Positions 61,845 through 64,000 of a stretch of DNA of 64,000 nt are shown piece after piece. The DNA comes from Dehalococcoidia bacterium (GTDB taxonomy: Bacteria > Chloroflexota > Dehalococcoidia > SpSt-223), in NCBI GenBank assembly GCA_026003895.1, contig BPIC01000003.1, positions 175,148 to 239,147 of the forward strand. The letters run 5' to 3'. A program made the position numbers and the translations under genes. The notes under the pieces were generated by a model, which did not search any database, had not been told where the DNA came from, and saw only the letters and a program-made list of their open reading frames with translations. Numbering within the stretch: the first letter of the stretch is position 1; each line of letters opens with the position of its first letter.

Positions 61845-64000
61845 ATGGCGTACGCGCACTCGAAGAACGCTGCCGGGGTGCGGCAGGATCTGGCCGCCCA
61901 TTTGCAGGCAGTCGCGGCGTTGGCGCGGGAGTTTGCCGAGCCATTCGGCGGTGGCGACCTCGCCTACGTCGCTGGCCTCTGGCATGACCTCGGCAAGTTC
62001 CACCCGGCATGGCAAGACTATCTCCTGCAGTCGGAAGCCGAAGAAGAAGCGGCCAAACGCGAGGGACGGAAAGCGCGACGGTTTCGCGCGCCGGACCACA
62101 AGGGGGCCGGGGCGCTCTTGGCAGCCGAGCAAGGGGTTCAGCCGGCTGCACTGCTCATCCAAGCGCATCACGGTGGGCTGAGGGCGCAGGGGGAATTTCG
62201 GGTATGGCTAAAGCAGCAGGGGACACGGCCAGAGACGAATGAGGCGCTGGCTCGGGCGCGCGAGGCGCTGGCTGAGCTCGTCCCACGACAGTCGATCCAG
62301 TTGCCAGACTCGGCACGGCGCGATGCTCTGGCCGCCGAGCTGTTTCTCCGCATGGTCTACGCGGCGTTGGTCGATGCCGATTCGATCGACACCGAGCGCC
62401 ACCGCGAGCCAACGCGGGCCGAGGTGCGGACCGGCTGGCTGCCGCTTGCCACGCTTTGGGAGCGCCTCGCGCGCGACCAGGAGCAGCTGGTTGCCAGCGC
62501 TGCGGACACGCCGGTCAACCGGGTGCGGCGGGAGGTCTATGAGGCGTGCCTTGCCGCTGCTGAGGAACCACCCGGCCTGTTTCGTTTGGCGGTGCCGACC
62601 GGCGGCGGGAAGACGCGGTCGGGGATGGCGTTTGCGCTGCAGCATGCCTTGCGGCATGGGCTGCGTCGTGTCATCGTGGCGGTGCCGTACATCAGCATCA
62701 CCGAGCAGACGGCGGCGGTCTACCGCGCGATCTTCGAGCGCGAGCTAAGCGACCGGGCGGTGCTGGAGCACCATAGCGCCCTCGAGTTGCCCGAGGCAGA
62801 GGAGGAGGAAGGGGATGAGTGGAGCCTCTGGCAGCGACTGGCTGCGGAGAACTGGGATGCGCCCGTCGTTGTGACGACGACAGTCCAACTCTTCGAGAGC
62901 CTGTTTGCGAGCGGGCGATCGAAAACGCAGAAAGTGCATCGACTGGCGCAGAGCGTGATCCTCCTCGATGAGGCGCAAGCGCTTCCGGTGCCGCTCCTCA
63001 CGCCTGTGCTGGATGTGCTGCGCGAGCTGGTGACGCACTACGGCGCGACGGTGGTGCTCTCGACTGCGACCCAACCTGCCTTCGAGATGCTGCCGGTCTT
63101 TCGGGATTTGGAGGCGCGGGAGATCGGGGCGGACCCGCAACGCTGGTTCGCGGCGTTACGACGGGTGCGCTACGAGTGGCGGCGTGAGCCGCTTGGCTGG
63201 GACGCGATTGCGGCGATCCTCCGCGAGACGCCGCAGGCGCTCGCGGTCGTCAATACGAAGAACGATGCGCTGGCGCTGCTCGATGCGCTCGACGACCGAG
63301 AGGCGCTCCATCTCTCGACGCTGCTGTGCGGGGCACATCGGCAGGACACGATCGAGGAGATTGGGCGGCGGCTCCGGGCTGGAGAGCCCTGCCGGGTTGT
63401 GTCCACCCAAGTGGTCGAGGCGGGGATTGATCTCGACTTTCCGCTGGTGGTGCGCGCGTTCGGGCCGCTGGACTCGGTGATCCAAGCGGCGGGGCGCTGC
63501 AATCGCGAAGGCCGGTTGGCGGAAGGGCGAGTTGTGGTAGTGGAGCCGGCGGAGGGGAAGCTTCCCCCGGGCGCCTATCGCACGGCAGCAGGGGTGACCG
63601 CGGCGGTCATCGGTGATCAGCCCGTCGATCCGAACGACCCGGCGGTGGCGCGGCGCTACTACGAGCATCTCTTTCGAGTGGTCGAGCCGGTGACCGACGC
63701 TAAAGAGGTCCAACCGGAGCGGCGTAACCTCAACTTCCCGGAGACAGCGAAGCGCTTTCGCATGATTGACGACGACACCGAGGCGGTCGTGATTACGACC
63801 TATGGCACGGCGGAGGAGCAAGCGCGGGTGCGGGCGTTGGTGGAGGAGCTGCGGACGCGCCAAGGGAACCCACGCGAGACTCTGCGGGCGTTGCAGCCAT
63901 TCATCGTCAATCTGCGGCGTCGCGCGGCGGACACGGTGCGGCACTTCATCGTTCCGATCGTCGACGGGGTCGGCGAATGGATCCGGCCGGACGGCTACGA
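61845..64000 (+). CDS. cas3: CRISPR-associated helicase/nuclease Cas3 (N-terminal HD domain + SF2 helicase), 3' end beyond window
   Basis: ATG 61845 follows GGGAGGA. The frame stays open for all 718 codons to the window edge, which is why it is missing from the stop-delimited ORF track. HD domain: AAHLQAV...LWHDLGKF...PDHKGAG...IQAHHGGL...VDADSIDTE. Helicase: motif I VPTGGGKT, II LLDEAQ, III STAT, VI VIQAAGRCNREG. Confidence 0.85.
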   Translation, partial: MAYAHSKNAAGVRQDLAAHLQAVAALAREFAEPFGGGDLAYVAGLWHDLGKFHPAWQDYLLQSEAEEEAAKREGRKARRFRAPDHKGAGALLAAEQGVQPAALLIQAHHGGLRAQGEFRVWLKQQGTRPETNEALARAREALAELVPRQSIQLPDSARRDALAAELFLRMVYAALVDADSIDTERHREPTRAEVRTGWLPLATLWERLARDQEQLVASAADTPVNRVRREVYEACLAAAEEPPGLFRLAVPTGGGKTRSGMAFALQHALRHGLRRVIVAVPYISITEQTAAVYRAIFERELSDRAVLEHHSALELPEAEEEEGDEWSLWQRLAAENWDAPVVVTTTVQLFESLFASGRSKTQKVHRLAQSVILLDEAQALPVPLLTPVLDVLRELVTHYGATVVLSTATQPAFEMLPVFRDLEAREIGADPQRWFAALRRVRYEWRREPLGWDAIAAILRETPQALAVVNTKNDALALLDALDDREALHLSTLLCGAHRQDTIEEIGRRLRAGEPCRVVSTQVVEAGIDLDFPLVVRAFGPLDSVIQAAGRCNREGRLAEGRVVVVEPAEGKLPPGAYRTAAGVTAAVIGDQPVDPNDPAVARRYYEHLFRVVEPVTDAKEVQPERRNLNFPETAKRFRMIDDDTEAVVITTYGTAEEQARVRALVEELRTRQGNPRETLRALQPFIVNLRRRAADTVRHFIVPIVDGVGEWIRPDGY

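Noticed and set aside
63156-63944. 262-aa minus-strand ORF, plus short plus-strand ORFs listed at 61933-62748
   Set aside because: All overlap the open cas3 reading frame, which carries complete HD and helicase motifs. They are frame or strand shadows.
1-64000. Genome-wide reassignment of TGA as a sense codon, prompted by three in-frame TGAs in two genes
   Set aside because: Many well-supported genes here terminate at TGA at the position expected from homology or operon coupling. Examples are 345-347, the TGATG junctions at 26677-26681 and 57197-57201, and the ATGA junctions at 27449-27452, 45086-45089 and 57930-57933. TGA is therefore a normal stop in this genome.
1-64000. CRISPR array, prophage, IS element or integrative island
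   Set aside because: No run of regularly spaced 25-40-nt repeats was seen in any intergenic region. I recognised no transposase, integrase, phage structural gene or tRNA attachment site. The only tandem DNA repeats are the coding 30-mers at 9116-9250 and the three protein-module repeats at 4875-5748.

Overview
High-GC bacterial chromosomal segment, gene-dense on both strands, with about 55 CDSs I can support. I saw no rRNA, tRNA, transposase, integrase or CRISPR array.

Content is mainly housekeeping and accessory metabolism:
- Core functions: SecG, FtsB/DivIC, an orphan ParB-like protein, MoeA, PspA/IM30 and a DtxR/IdeR-type regulator.
- Transport and envelope: a MacAB-type efflux set (adaptor, ATPase, permease), a KefB-like CPA2 antiporter, a GT39/ArnT-like glycosyltransferase and three family-5 ABC substrate-binding proteins with no adjacent permease or ATPase genes.
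- Redox: a six-heme c-type cytochrome, plus an F420/flavin theme (an NpdG-type F420:NADP reductase and three luciferase-like monooxygenase-family genes). This fits a Chloroflexota/Thermomicrobia-like or Actinobacteria-like host, by inference only.

Most interesting observations:
1. A redoxin gene (36619-37134, minus strand) has an in-frame TGA exactly at the first Cys of its WCPxC motif, followed by a SECIS-like hairpin. It is a candidate selenoprotein, and the ORF track shows only its C-terminal two thirds.
2. An orphan ~320-nt transcription unit (13397-13746) is bounded by a near-consensus promoter and a perfect intrinsic terminator. It holds an 18-codon ORF behind a strong Shine-Dalgarno (SD) sequence and a structured tail.
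3. A Cas3 gene (HD nuclease plus helicase) starts at 61845 and runs off the 3' edge. It is absent from the ORF track, so a type I CRISPR-Cas locus probably continues beyond the window.
4. A PqqD-like peptide-binding domain is fused to a MEMO1/AmmeMemoRadiSam-B protein, in a translationally coupled three-gene operon.
5. A translationally coupled HipA-like kinase plus DUF3037 pair.
6. Two paralogous 'secreted fiber/beta-helix protein + small SGGGG-motif protein' modules.

Quality caveat: at least four, and possibly up to seven, otherwise intact genes are broken by single extra bases. The four solid cases lie in G/C homopolymer runs. This looks like systematic sequencing error rather than biology, and it affects how ORFs should be read here.
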